This document shows, in pieces, positions 38,528-50,477 of a stretch of 64,000 nt of DNA. The stretch comes from Squalus acanthias (Eukaryota), in the NCBI GenBank assembly GCA_030390025.1, contig CM059432.1, positions 120,468,001 through 120,532,000 of the forward strand, written 5' to 3'. Within the stretch, counting starts at the first letter, position 1; every line of letters starts with the position of its first letter. The position numbers were made by a program, and so were the translations under genes. The notes under the pieces are model-generated. The model saw only the letters and a list, made by a program, of their open reading frames with translations, was not told where the DNA came from and made no database searches.

Positions 38528-38700
38528 GGGGCCTACCTGCGCCTCAGGCTCTCTTTATACCACCACCACCGCCTCGCCGCTCCTCCCAGGTCCGCCCTGC
38601 CGCCGCTGCTGCTGTGGGGCCTACCTGCGCCTCAGGCTCACTTTATACCGCCACCGCCGCCTCGCCGCTCCTCCCAGGTCTGCTCTGCCGCTGCTGTGGG
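38457..38700. repeat. Tandem monomers in the CR1 5'UTR, including (CTG)11 at 38494-38526
   Basis: Three copies of cgcctcgccgctcctcccaggtc..gccgctgctg. Confidence 0.85.
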
Positions 38701-38889
38701 TTTTCTGCGGGCGGAGGTTCTCCAGAAAGCGGAACTCTCTGCCCGTAGAAGCCCTTCTCTAGGGCAGGCGTCCGATCTGTCTAGAGCATCGGAAATGCTG
38801 GTTTTCAGCACATGCGCTGTGCATGCCTGAAACCGGCATTTCCGATGTCCCTACGGGTGTGTACACCCGGAATATTTGAGCCAGTAACT

Positions 38890-39048
38890 TGCAAAAGGGA
38901 ATTGGACATATACTTGAAAAGGAAAAAACCTGAGGGGTCTGGAGCAAGAGCAGGGGAGTGGGACTAATTGGACAGCGCTACCAAAGAGCCATCACTGACA
39001 TGAAGTGCTGAATGGCCTCTTTCTGTGCTGTGAGATTTTATGATTCTA
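38890..39048 (+). mobile_element. CR1-type 3' tail
   Basis: gaatggcctctttctgtgctgt..tatgattct. Confidence 0.55.
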
Positions 39049-39295
39049 ACAGATATGTGGTTATTTGAGCTAATTATGAATTCTTTGCCTTATGGATCGT
39101 ATTGTTTTGGAGGTGTGGCACCCTGAGGTATTACACCTCTGAGCCTACAGTTTTAAACAATGGACCCATGGCAGACATAAAACTTAACTATGTATTGAAT
39201 TTTTGAAATTCCAGATTGTAGGTACTGTATTCCCTTTGTCAAGTAGATCAAAGAAGCAAAAAATGCAGTTATTAGAATTGTCACTATGTACGCTT

Positions 39296-39714
39296 CAATA
39301 CAGAAGAACTATGGCTGTATCAGAAGGTTTCAAAGAGCTTTACAGCCAATTAATTACTTTGTAAGTGATGCTATTGTTATATAGGAACATTCAGTAACCA
39401 ATTAGTGCATAGCAAGGTCCCATAAACAGTGAAAGAATGAATGGCCAATAAATCTGTTTTTGTTGGTGTTGGTTGAAGGATAAACATTGGCCAGGACACC
39501 AGGAGATCTCCCTGCTCTACTTTGAATAGTGCCATCAGAACCTTCGCACCCACCTGAACAGGTAGATGGGACCTTGGTTTATCGTCTCATCTAAAAGACT
39601 GCAGCTGTGACGATGCAGCAGTCCCTCAGTACTGCGCGGATGTGTCAGCTCAGATTATGTGCTCAAGTTTTGGGAGTGGGTGAGAATTCTGCCAACCGGC
39701 GAGCCAAATGACAC
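39296..39714 (-). mobile_element. Older Deu-domain SINE copy
   Basis: ggataaacattggccaggacacc and cagtccctcagtactg match the other copies. Confidence 0.7.
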
Positions 39715-39924
39715 TTTCTTTCTTCATTATCACTCAATGAACAGTCCACACAAAAAAGTAACTCAAATATTCCTCGTCATACTATTATCATAATTTGATG
39801 TTTTATCTTTGCAAAGGTCATGTGGAAATCAAAGTTTATTTTAAAATAAAATAAAAACATTTCTGGATGAATTTTTATTTATTTATGTTACTAAGTACTT
39901 TCCTTTTATTTATTTTTTCTTTAG

Positions 39925-39957
39925 GTATAAAGTGCAGCTGATATCACATGAGATCAG
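39925..39957 (+). CDS. Candidate host-gene micro-exon (33 nt, phase 2-2), YKVQLISHEI
   Basis: Branch-like tactaag, long polypyrimidine tract ending ttttttctttag, donor CAG|gtcagt, single open frame, AT-rich unique flanks. Confidence 0.45.
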
Positions 39958-41454
39958 GTCAGTCATTAGGGAGTCAAATCTTGTTAAAATGATTCACAAA
40001 TCTAAATAATTAAAAGCAATCTTTATAAATTCTTAATAGAACAATTATTAAACTCAAAAGCTCAAAAATGTAAATCCTGAACAGACATCTTCAACTGCAT
40101 TGTCAAATTTATGTCGCTCCCCTGAATTCAACGGGCCTGTTTCACAAATGATGTCATAAACTGAATGTTTGGCTAAATTTATGTCTTCAAAATTAATTAA
40201 TTTAACTGGAGGTGAATAAAATAATTGTGGAATAGAACTAAAGGACAAGTTTCAAGAGTTGTAATTGTCTAGTATGAGACTTTAATTAAAATGTAATTAT
40301 TATGCAAAAGGTATATGGTGTTTGAGTTATTCACTTGAATATATTTCCTGACTTTACATCTGGATAACTCATTTAATGCACACTATCATTATACAGCCCG
40401 TTTCCCCTTAGTGCAGATTCGGTAAAAACAATCGGGGGAGATGTTCCCTGGCTCTCCCAGGCAGAAATATGTCAATGCTTGTTTAGCACTGTTAGCTTGC
40501 CACTTCCATTTAAGTGAGGCCTGACCATGACAATGGCGTGGGCCTCTGGCGAGCCTCCTCAGGCGGCCATTGAGCTCACTCCACCCGCTGCCACCTGATG
40601 AGTGCTCCTAATCAAAAATTCCGCTTTGATCTCGTCTGAAATGTAGGGCAATGCAGCTGTGGCAAAAAATCAAGGCCTAGAAAATCTGGCCCATTCTAGA
40701 GCCGGTGCATTCTGGATGGGGAGAGAGGAATTTGGTGCATAGCCCATTTCCTTCGGGTCTCCACCCTTTCCAGCCATTTAGAAAACTTCCGGTGGCGGGG
40801 GCAGACACTAATTATGCCTATCTCCTGCCCATCATGACATCACATCTGGAATAGGGAGCGACAAGAGCCAGGTACTTCTGGAAATGCCACCAGTTCTCCC
40901 CCAGCGGATAACTCATGACATGTACACCTGCATGAAGTAAAACTAAATGCCATACCTATGGCATTTGGTTTTACTGAAACCAGATTGGCAACTTGCACAA
41001 TTGGGTCGAGGAGAATATGGCCGGGGATGTGTGGGGAGACATTTGGGGGGCGGCGGGCAGTTAGATTGTTGCCCTCTAATAGGCTAAATATATATATAGT
41101 GGGTTTTTACAGGATAATCTGTATTGAGACCCCGCTAAACAAGCTCAAAAACTAGGAGACAGTGAGACATCGGTTTAATGCTTTTTATTCATATTAAAAC
41201 TAATGTTTTACTATGTTAATAGCACTATATAAATGCAAGTTGTTGTTGTTGTATCACACAACCCACTACATACAGTGACCATGAGATTACTGGTACAGAC
41301 ATACACTCATGGGAGGACTCATCGGGAAGAGTTGTATGCGGTTAGTTCTAATCTGTTTACGTTGGTTGAAGCTAGGAGTTCAAGTCCCTTAAGCTTATGA
41401 AGGAATAAGCCATATTCAGAAAAATACACCATTCTATGAAAGAATTCTAGCCTT

Positions 41455-42464
41455 TGTAACATGACAAACTGGGCTTGAAAATCTAAAAACCTAACAATGG
41501 AGAAGCTGTAAACAGCATACAGGCTATTGAGATAAGATAAATTGTTGACACTGAATCAATAACCTTATTGAAACAGGAGGTTGGAGGTTCCTGATAGTCT
41601 GAAGCCTTGGAAAGAACACAATGGTACACCCTGTTAAGGTGTCCTAAATTACACTTTGGAAAGAAACACAGAAAATTAAGAAACATAGGCCTGCATAAAA
41701 ATGACATCAAATGAAACACAGGAGACACGATTCTGTGTTGCAACCAGCTGAGGTAACTAAGAAGACAATGGTGCACCCGATTGAGGTGTTCTAATATACA
41801 TGTCGTAAAAAGACACAAATAGAAGACCTTGGTAAAAATGACATCAAATAGATGCATCTGCTGTCACACCATTTTTATGATAAGCTCCGAACACCTAGGG
41901 TAGAGACATAATTCTTAATGCTACCAGCTGAACTGACTGTAAGAATAGCAGGGGTCAGCAGAAAAATGACTAGAGATAATTAGCTTACATCAGCAGAAAA
42001 CTCCAAAGGACATACCACTGAAAAAGGATATAAATATTGAACTTTCAAATGGGATGATAGATTTGCTGTAAAGGGGCAAAATGATTCTCAGGCTTTAGAG
42101 GCAAGCTCTGTAAGTTTATAATTCTTTGTACCTCGGGGATCAAGGTATTGTACTGTATTTGATTTTGGTGGATATCCTGGAATAAAGACTGAGAACTGTA
42201 AAAATGTAACGAAGTTAAGATTTGAGAATAAGGATCTCTGGTAATAGATTTGTAAAATTTCTGTTTTTGGAGCTGTTAATGTTGCGATTGAATCACCAAC
42301 TGTAATTACATGTCGGTTCTTTAATAAATCTATATATTTTTAGAATTGTCTCACATAATACTTCTGTATCAAACTCGCAAACTCAATCTCTGTACGCTCT
42401 TTGGTGAGGAGTTGCAGAATTCTGGGGGAGTTTTCTGGACCCTCATAATATCCAAAACGTTACA
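41455..42464 (+). mobile_element. Possible solo LTR (about 1.0 kb)
   Basis: Perfect terminal IR TGTAAC...GTTACA; internal diverged direct repeat with about 150-bp period; TATAAA near 42029; AATAAA at 42181. No matching TSD. Confidence 0.4.
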
Positions 42465-43224
42465 GTCTAGCTAAACTTATTAAAAGTGCTATCTGGAGAA
42501 CGGTAACATCTTCAGGTTGTTCCTTTCCTTTAGGGAGAGATAGTCTGGACCTTTAGACCCAATTAAGCGTCTTTAGGATTCGGCTACCTCAAACTTTAGT
42601 TGAAGGTGAACGTCTGGGGAATACGCCTGATCCGGGGTAGCCCTAAAGGGGCTAGGACTAGTAATTATCCCTTCAAGCTATTGTGTGTTGTACATTTTAT
42701 AGCATCAGTAACACCTGCTAACGTGATGCCAGCATGTCATCATGTTCTACTGACTTTTAATTAATATGTAACACGTTAACCCATTAAGTCACCTTGTAAA
42801 TTATACAATCCTCTTTAGTGCATCTGCACGACACTATCATTGCTTTTCTCGTGTTTTGTACCTTACTTTCTTATCTTTTCTCATACCTTTCTCTATTAGT
42901 CTATTGTATTCAGTAAGACTTCTGATCATCTCCTGACTGCTTGGCTTGATGCCCAGAACATACCAAGGCCAAGGGTTTCCGCATTGGGTACAATCGGTGA
43001 TCCTGGCGCAAATTGCACTTATAATTGCTCTGGTCTTAAGAAGTTTTTTTTTGCTCAAACGCATTTGCATATTGCTGAATTTAAAATCTTCCATGAACCA
43101 GCACAATTGGACAACGCGTTCGAACGTGATATTTTAAAAAGAAAATTTTGCGTTAAAAAATATTCCTTGATATATTTAAAAGTGGTAACCTGGTTCTATG
43201 CCCTTTTTCTTTCATGTACGTGTC

Positions 43225-43445
43225 TAGTTTCCTTTTGAAAGCGTTTAAGCTCCACCAATTCCTGTGGTAGCAAGTTCCACGTTCTAATCACTCTTTGAGT
43301 AAAAAAAATTGCTCCTTATTTCCCTATTGGATTTATTAGCAACTATCTTGTATTTATGGCCCCGAGTTTTGGATTCTCCCACAGGTAGAAACATTCTCTC
43401 CACACCTACCCTGTCCAACCCAGTCATAATTATAAAGACCTTCCC
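43225..43445 (-). mobile_element. CR1 3' fragment
   Basis: Matches 49700-49800 (cctgtggtagcaagttccac..ccctattggattt). Confidence 0.65.
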
Positions 43446-43982
43446 TCCATCTTAATTAAAATGATGCATAAGACGGTCTGACTCTTTAAACGTTGGCCAT
43501 AACATTTAATTGAAATTATAATTAATTGGGAATCAACTCCTACGAATCTGTGCATAACAAAACTTGCAGAATGTTTTACTACCCTGTTGGTGAGGACATA
43601 TGGCCAGTGTCACTTGGTTTTTACGTTTTATTATTAAGTGACAGTAGAAAATATTCCCAAGTTAGTAAAGACATTTATGTGACGACAACATTAAATTGGA
43701 ACTCTGAAAGACGGACAGCTTCTTTGTTGATCCTCGTATTCTTGAGTTTTCCTTTATGGTGTAAAGCTGTTGTACAGACATGTGTAGACACACTCTCCAA
43801 TTATTTTGGCATTGGAAACACTGATGATAGAACGATGGTGACACGAGATGTGGGCCCGGCCCCTCACCCAACTGAATACTGCCCAAAATTTGAGTGGCAT
43901 TCAGAAAAAAATCATCACTGAGGAGTTCAAAAAACAGTTGCAGGCTAACTTGATACAAATGTTGCAAAGATTTAAATGGTTT

Positions 43983-44652
43983 TCTCTAAATGTTACCTCT
44001 GTAACATTGCCCGTCTCCGCCCCTGCCTCAGCTCATCTGCTGCTGAAATCCCCATCCATGCCTTTGTTACCTCTAGACTTGACTATTCCAGCGCACTACT
44101 GGCTGGCCTTCCACATTCCACCCTACGTAAACTTGAGGTAATTCAAAACTCGGCTGCCCATGTCCTAACTCGCACTAAGTCCCGTTCACCCATCGCCCCT
44201 CTGCTCACTGACCTACATTGGCTCCCGGTTAAGCAACGCCTCGATTTCAAAATTCTCATCCTTGTTTTCAAATCTCTCCATGGCCTCGCCCTTCCCTATC
44301 TCTGTAACCTCCTCCAACCCCACAACCCCCTGAGATATCTGCACTCCTCAAATTCTGCCCTCTTGAGCATCCCTGATTATAATCACTCAACCATTGGTGG
44401 ACGTGCCTCCAGCTGCCTAGGCCCTAAGCTCTGGAATTCCCTGCCGAAACCTCTCCGCCTCGCTACCTCTCTTTCCTACTTTAAGACGCTCCTTAAAACC
44501 TACCTCTTTGACCAAGCTTTTGGTCACCTGCCCTAATTTCTCCTTATGTGGCTCAGTGTCAAATGTTTGTCTTATAACACTCCTGTGAAGCATCTTGGGA
44601 TGTTGTACTACGTTAAAGGCGCTATATAAATACAAGTTGCTGTTGTTGTTGT
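43983..44652 (+). mobile_element. L2 LINE 3' end with tail
   Basis: NIARLRPCL..HAFVTSRLDYS..LHWLPVKQRLDFKIL..LWNSLP..FKTLLKTYLF; tail gctatataaatacaagttg(ttg)n. Confidence 0.9.
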
Positions 44653-45018
44653 AAATTTACAGAAAGTTTAAAGGGAGGAGCCAAGCCCCATTTAAAGAAA
44701 AGCATATTCTGTGATTTGTTCAGTTATGTACATGACTGGCAGTTCCTTTTGAATTGAGCTAACAGTTATTTATATCCAAAAGGCTGCAGCGACTATTCAA
44801 GGGATAGTCAAATATGTTCAACTGCTCAAATTATTGAATCGGTTGGAATTTTCAGAGAGGGATAGGACAGACCATTTAGTTCCCACAGTTGGAAAGATTA
44901 CAGGGAAATAATATTTTGTACACATAGGCTATCTATCAAATTATAACTTTAATTAATGTGACCATTTATTGTTTTCATTTAAGGAGATGGTTAGTATAAT
45001 ATCTATTGTAAATATAAT

Positions 45019-45865
45019 GGCCTAGAAATTTGGCTGCGCAGCGTCCGTTTTTCAGGCACCAGGTGGCCTGTTAACGTCCCAATATGGCGGGCAGGAAGTG
45101 TGTTGGCCACCATATTGGTTAAGGTGGAACATTGGCGGCAGGAGCACACATCTGGAGTACGTAATTGGCAGAATATTTCATTTCAATTAGGGTCCTGTGC
45201 CTCCCGCAGGACCCGTTTTCAATATTGGAATGCCTGAGTGCTTTACCCACCACATGCTGAACCCGCCCAGTACTCGTGGTGCTAACTGGTAGGAAGGACC
45301 CCTCACCAGCAATACTTAAATGGATCATGCTTTCCTTACAGGTTGGTTACTGGTTTGTCATTTCCGGCTGCTAGTTAAGTTCTGGACGTTTTCTGGTGTG
45401 TTTTATCACTCTAGAAAGTTCATTTTGTCTAAACAGAGAAAGATTTTGCTGGTGTTGCACTGTTGTTGTCTGCCTCAGAGTTAATTTGGACACAGTCAAG
45501 GGTGGTCTCATAGGGCTCTCTTTGGGGCTGGTGTCAAGGGGGAGAAGCAAGTAAGACACAAAACAGCAGGACCAGCTACCAGAAGAGGGAGGAGGAGGAG
45601 GGCACTGCACAGGAGGCCGTACCCACAGTAGGTATTCAGGGAGCACTTCTCCTACCTCAACTTTACTGAGGAGCAATGTCTCAGGCGCCTTTGCTTCACC
45701 AAGGAGGATGTCACCGAGCTATTTCACCTTCTGCAGCCACAACTCGAGTCTCGCACCAGGGCATGGACAGTGGTGATGTGGCTGTCAAGGTCACCGTGGC
45801 CTTCAACTTTTAAGCCACGAGCTCCTTCCAGGCTGCAGCAGGTGACATCAGCAACAGCAGCAGTC
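45019..45865 (+). mobile_element. Left end and transposase N-terminus of a Harbinger element
   Basis: TIR ggcctagaaatt (as at 52494); RRPYP..VFREHFSYLNFTEEQCLRRLCF..VAVKVTVAF. Confidence 0.75.
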
Positions 45866-46224
45866 TGAGCTGCCATAGTAGCCAACTGAGCTTCCACGAC
45901 AACAGTGTGTTTCCTTGGATCCCCGGCAAGGTAAGTGAGGGGCGGGTACAGTATGATTGTGGCCGGGGGAGGGTGGGCAAGCTCAGGTCAGTGGAGGCCA
46001 AAGGTTTGCTTGTGTGGCCCGGAGGCATCAGGCATGGTGTGGAACCGCATGATGTGATCGCAACTGGTGTATTTAAAAGGCCAATCCAAAGATGGAATTT
46101 GGAGGAGTTAGGGGATTGCGTGAAAAGAGGGAGAGGTTTCATTATGGATTCAGGATGGTCAAGGGCTGCGCATTGATTTAACGATGCCTTGATTGATGTA
46201 CTGCTGGGGGCAACGAGGAGTCAG

Positions 46225-48479
46225 AGAGATAATCAAATGAGTCCATGCAGGCCTTGACCACGGTTGTGCACACACTGTATGCCAACATATCTGGCATCTT
46301 AAGTAGGATGCCAGACACCATAGCCTTGGCCTTACAGTGTGTCACTGATCTGCACCAAGCTTCTCTCCAACAGAGTGGTAGCAGTGAAGTGCGACTGGCC
46401 CACGAGAGGAATGATGGTGAAAGGGGACATGGAAGTGGGACCTCCACTCAAAGTGCTTCAACTTCTCACCCGTTGCCATACCTTAGTCAGTTCCCAACAT
46501 TTTGCAGGGCCATCAGGGGTTTCAATACCCAGAGGACATTGGCCGAGAGCATCTCATCAGTCAGAGCAGGATCTGAGCAGCCTGCCTCTACCTCTGCTGA
46601 AGCCACAAGGGTTGCACCACGTCGGAGTGGTAGGAAAAGGAAGAGTAAAGCTTTGTAGTTGCACAAGGGTCTGCACATGGGTGTTTGAGAAAATGTAATG
46701 TTGTTATATTTCTGTTGTTTAGTAGAATCACATAAAATGTATTACTTTGCACCACTTCCCCGTGTTGTCCATTCTTGGTTGCTGGGTGACAACTCGTCTT
46801 TTCAGTTGTTTGTTGATGAATGAGAAGACATGAATTGACAGGGACCAATGGGGGGGATGTACAATGGGTGGCTGTTGGTTACAGGACTGCTTTGTGTCAG
46901 TGGGCTTGGTGGGTGGGGAGTGGTGAGGAGAGTGGCCGTTGGATATGATTGTTCATTGGTCCAGTGGTAATGCCAAACTGAACCTTACAGCATTCTGGGC
47001 AGCACTGTTGCTACATTGGAGTCACCATCTTCATCCTCCTCCTCCTCCTCCTCCTCTTCCTCTACTTCATTGGATTCGTCCACAGACAATATGCGCTCAG
47101 CGCCTTGTTCCTCCTGTAGCTCCAATCCTTGCTACTGCTCAATGTTGTGCAGAGCACCACATACCACGATCATTCTGGAAACCCTGGCTGGCAAATACTG
47201 AAAGGCACCTCCAGAACTATCCAGGCACCTGAAGCACATTTTCAGCTTGTCGATCGCTTGCTCAATGACGTACCTGGTTGTGATATGGCTGTCGTGGTAT
47301 CCCTCTTGGGCTTCATTGGTGGGGTTCCTCATGGGTGTCATCAGCCAAGTTTGAAACGGGTACCTTTGTCTCCTAGCAGCCACCCCTTAAGTCTGCTTGC
47401 AGGTCCAAAGAGGTCAAGGACCTTGCACTGCCACAGGATGAAAGCAATATGGCAGCTCGCTGAGGATCTGGTGCACACCTGCATGAACCTTTTCTTGTGG
47501 TTGCACACCAGCTGCACATTGTGGAAAGCCAGCCAGTGATGCAAATCCGAACGCTCACTCATTCTGATTAGTGTCATCACAGGTGAAGTTGACATAATTG
47601 CCGGCCATGACAAACAATTCAGTGACCTGCCTTATGAATTTATGTGCAGTTGACTGGGAGCTCCTGGATATGTCTCTGGCAGAGCCCTGGAAGGATCCGG
47701 AAACAAAAACATTGAGGGTGGTGGTCACTTTGACAGTCACTGATAATGCGTGGCCACCAGGTCCAGCAGGGAGCAGGTCTTCTTCTAGGAGGCTGACGTG
47801 ACAACCAAAGCCTTCAGAAGCACTGCTGTTCCGAGAGGTCAAGGAAGCTGAGCCTCTGCCTGTACACCCTGTTTCATGGATAGTGCTTCCTGTGACCTTG
47901 ACCCCTCTGCTGGTCCCCTCTCTGCTGCTCCCCTCTCTGATGCTCCCCTCTCTGCTGACCAACTGCAGGTCTCTCCACAGCAGCCTTTTGCTGCTCTTGC
48001 TCCTCGTCAGAAGTCCAATCTAAGGCAGCTACGGTGCCACCCATCCTGATCTTGACTCTCAATACCTCCAAAGTGCAGAAATTACCCTCTCACCACAAGT
48101 AATCTCAACAAACCCTTTGCCAGTGGGAAGTAAGAAAGCAACTGTGAGCACTGAGTATTTATTGGTGTATTTGCCTTACTTTTAATGAGCCCCGTGAATT
48201 GCTGTTCTCTTCTCGCCTTGGTTTCAATGGTGACTTTCAGGGAGCCCGGGAAACCCATTGCTGTGCCGTTAAATTTAAATGCTGGTTGAAATATCGTTGC
48301 AATTCACTGATTTTCAAATTGCTAACCCACCACTCCGGAGAGGGTTACGCACATGCCCCCAAACGCTCCCGAGTTAAACCCGGAAGTTGGCACATTGGAG
48401 TTGTCTTCCAGATGCGCTGGCATTTTCAACAAATTTAACCCCCCACCCGCACCTAAAGCCACAATGTTAAAATTCCCCC
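46225..48479. mobile_element. Harbinger remnant: Myb exon 3 end on + (46225-46658), transposase on - (48044 to about 47000), right end
   Basis: HERNDGERGHGSG..STSAEAT..PRRSGRKRK matches 24330-24630; VTVKVTTTLN, NVQLVCNH, IEQAIDKLKMCFRCL..CGALHN; end gttaaaattccccc. Confidence 0.8.
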
Positions 48480-49130
48480 CTCTGTATCTACCTTATCGAA
48501 TCCCTTTATCATTTTAAACACCTCAACTTTCCAAACTGAAGGGACTACCTCGGTATCATTCTGGTGAATTGCCGATGTAGCCTCTCCAGAGCCACTGTAT
48601 TACTTTCCTGAGGTTCAGTGCCCAAAACTGAAAGCAGTATTCCAGATGAGGCCTGACCAAGATTCTGTCCAACTGAAGCATAACTTCCTCACTTTTGTAT
48701 TGCAGCCTCTTTGAGATAAAGGACAACATTTCATTAGCCTTTTTGATTACTTTTTGTACTGCGCACTAGCTTTTAGTGCTTTGTGCACAGGGGCACCTAA
48801 ATCCCTTTGATCCTCCACAGCTCCTAATCTCTCACCGTTAAGAGAATATTTTGATTTGTCTTTTTGGCATCTAAAGTAGACAGACTAAGTGAAAGGGCAA
48901 AAATATTGCAGGTGGAATTCAATGTAGGGAATTTTGAACTCCATCTGCCGTAGTTTAGTCCATTCGCTTAATCTGTCTACATCCCTTTGTAATTTCTTGC
49001 TCCCATCTATACAACTTGCTGTGACTCCTAATTTAGTGTCATCTGAAACTTGGATATCTCTGTTCCTTCATCCAAGTCATTAATGTATATGGTGAAAGGT
49101 CCCTGTACAGAGCCCTTGGGGACATTACTT
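48480..49130 (-). mobile_element. Old CR1 RT fragments
   Basis: Minus strand resembles LVRPHLEYCFQFW and ADDTKLG coding sequence. Confidence 0.6.
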
Positions 49131-49811
49131 GTCATAGCTGTGTAAAAAAAACTGTAGCAAATTAGTGAAGAGGTTATACTGCCTGAGACTATCTGCTGTT
49201 GCGTTCTGGATCAAGGGATTGTTAATTTGTGCCTACGGCTTAATGCTTTAGCTTGGCTAGCTCATTGAGGTGTTTCAATGGGAAGTGGTAGAAGAAAAAC
49301 ATCATGTGAGGCCACCCCAGAGACCATTTTATATATATATGACATAGAGCAAAGATGTCAGATCTGTACTAAATGTATCTCTCTTGTTCAGCTATGGCAT
49401 CTCCAGGGTATCTTGGAAGCTGACATGCCTGGAGCTGAATTTCAATAAGACGGACAGGCGGGTTGAGAAAGCTCCTTGTCATATTTGGAGATAGTATTGC
49501 ATTGCAGCCTACATAGGATTACATAGGATATAAGGCACAGAAACAGGCCATTCGGCCCAACCAGTCCATGCCAGCGTTTATGCTCCACACGAGCCTCCTC
49601 CCGTCATTCCTCATCTAAATCTATCAGCATAACCCTCTATTCCCTTTTCCCTCATATGCTTGTCTAGCCTCCCCTTAAATGCATCTATACAATTCGCTTC
49701 AACCACTCCCTGTGGTAGCGAGTTCCACATTCTCACCACTCTTTGGGTAAAGAAGTTTCTTCTGAATTCCCTATTGGATTTCTTGGTGACTATCTTATAC
49801 TGATGGCCTCT

Positions 49812-50031
49812 TCATCTCCCCCTTTGTTCCTTTATCCCCTCCCCCTTTTCCCAGCTTTACCCTGGCCTTAAATCTATTTGATTTCCGGTTCTTCCCAGTT
49901 CTGACGAAATGTCATCGACCTGAAACGTTAACTCTCTTTCTCTCTCCACGGATGTTGTCTGGCCCGCTGAGTTTTTCCAGCGTTTTCTGTTGTTATTTCG
50001 GATTTCCAGCATCCGCAGTATTTTGCTATCG
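49812..50031 (+). mobile_element. 220-bp Penelope terminal (pLTR) insertion with a 17-bp TSD
   Basis: ttatactgatggcctct at 49795-49811 and 50032-50048; body matches the reverse complement of about 575-745. Confidence 0.85.
49896..49933 (+). ncRNA. Minimal hammerhead ribozyme motif (second copy, stem II partly mutated)
   Basis: CAGTT-CTGACGA-AATGTC ATC GACCT-GAAA-CGTT-AACT. Confidence 0.6.
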
Positions 50032-50477
50032 TTATACTGATGGCCTCTAGTTATGCTCTTCCCCACAAGTCAAAACATTCTCTCTGTATCCACTCTATCA
50101 AAACCTTTCATAATCTTAAAGATCTCTCTTCGGTCACCCCTCAGCCTTCTTCAGGAGAAAAGAGACTCAGCCTGTTCATCTTTCCTGACATGTATAGCCT
50201 CGCATTTCTGGTATCATCCTTGTAAATCTTCTCTGCACCCTCTCCAGTGCCTCTATATCCTTTTTATATTATGGCAACTAGAACTGCATGCAGTACTCCA
50301 AGTGTGGTCTAACCAAGGTTCAATACAGGTTTAGCATAATTTCCCTACTTTTCAATTCTATACCTCTAGAAATAAACCCTAGTGCTTGGTTTGCTTTTTT
50401 TTATGGCCTTGCCTACTTGTGTGGCAACTTTTAGTGATTTGTGTATTTGCACTCCGAGATCCCTTTGTTCTTCTACC

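Larger units (their letters stand above)
34714..38740 (-). mobile_element. Near full-length CR1 LINE (5'UTR, ORF1, ORF2), 3' end missing, ORF2 frameshifted
   Basis: Endonuclease GVYYRP..VGDFNYP..SDHNSV (36520-36975); RT GVPQGSVLGP..FADDTK (34714-35763); ORF1 upstream. Confidence 0.92.

Noticed and set aside
38457..38700. CRISPR-like or regularly spaced repeat array
   Set aside because: The units are contiguous CR1 5'UTR monomers without unique spacers; vertebrate DNA and no cas genes.
44984..44989. 6-nt micro-exon (ttttcatttaag GAGATG gttagt)
   Set aside because: Too short and too weak to support without transcript data.
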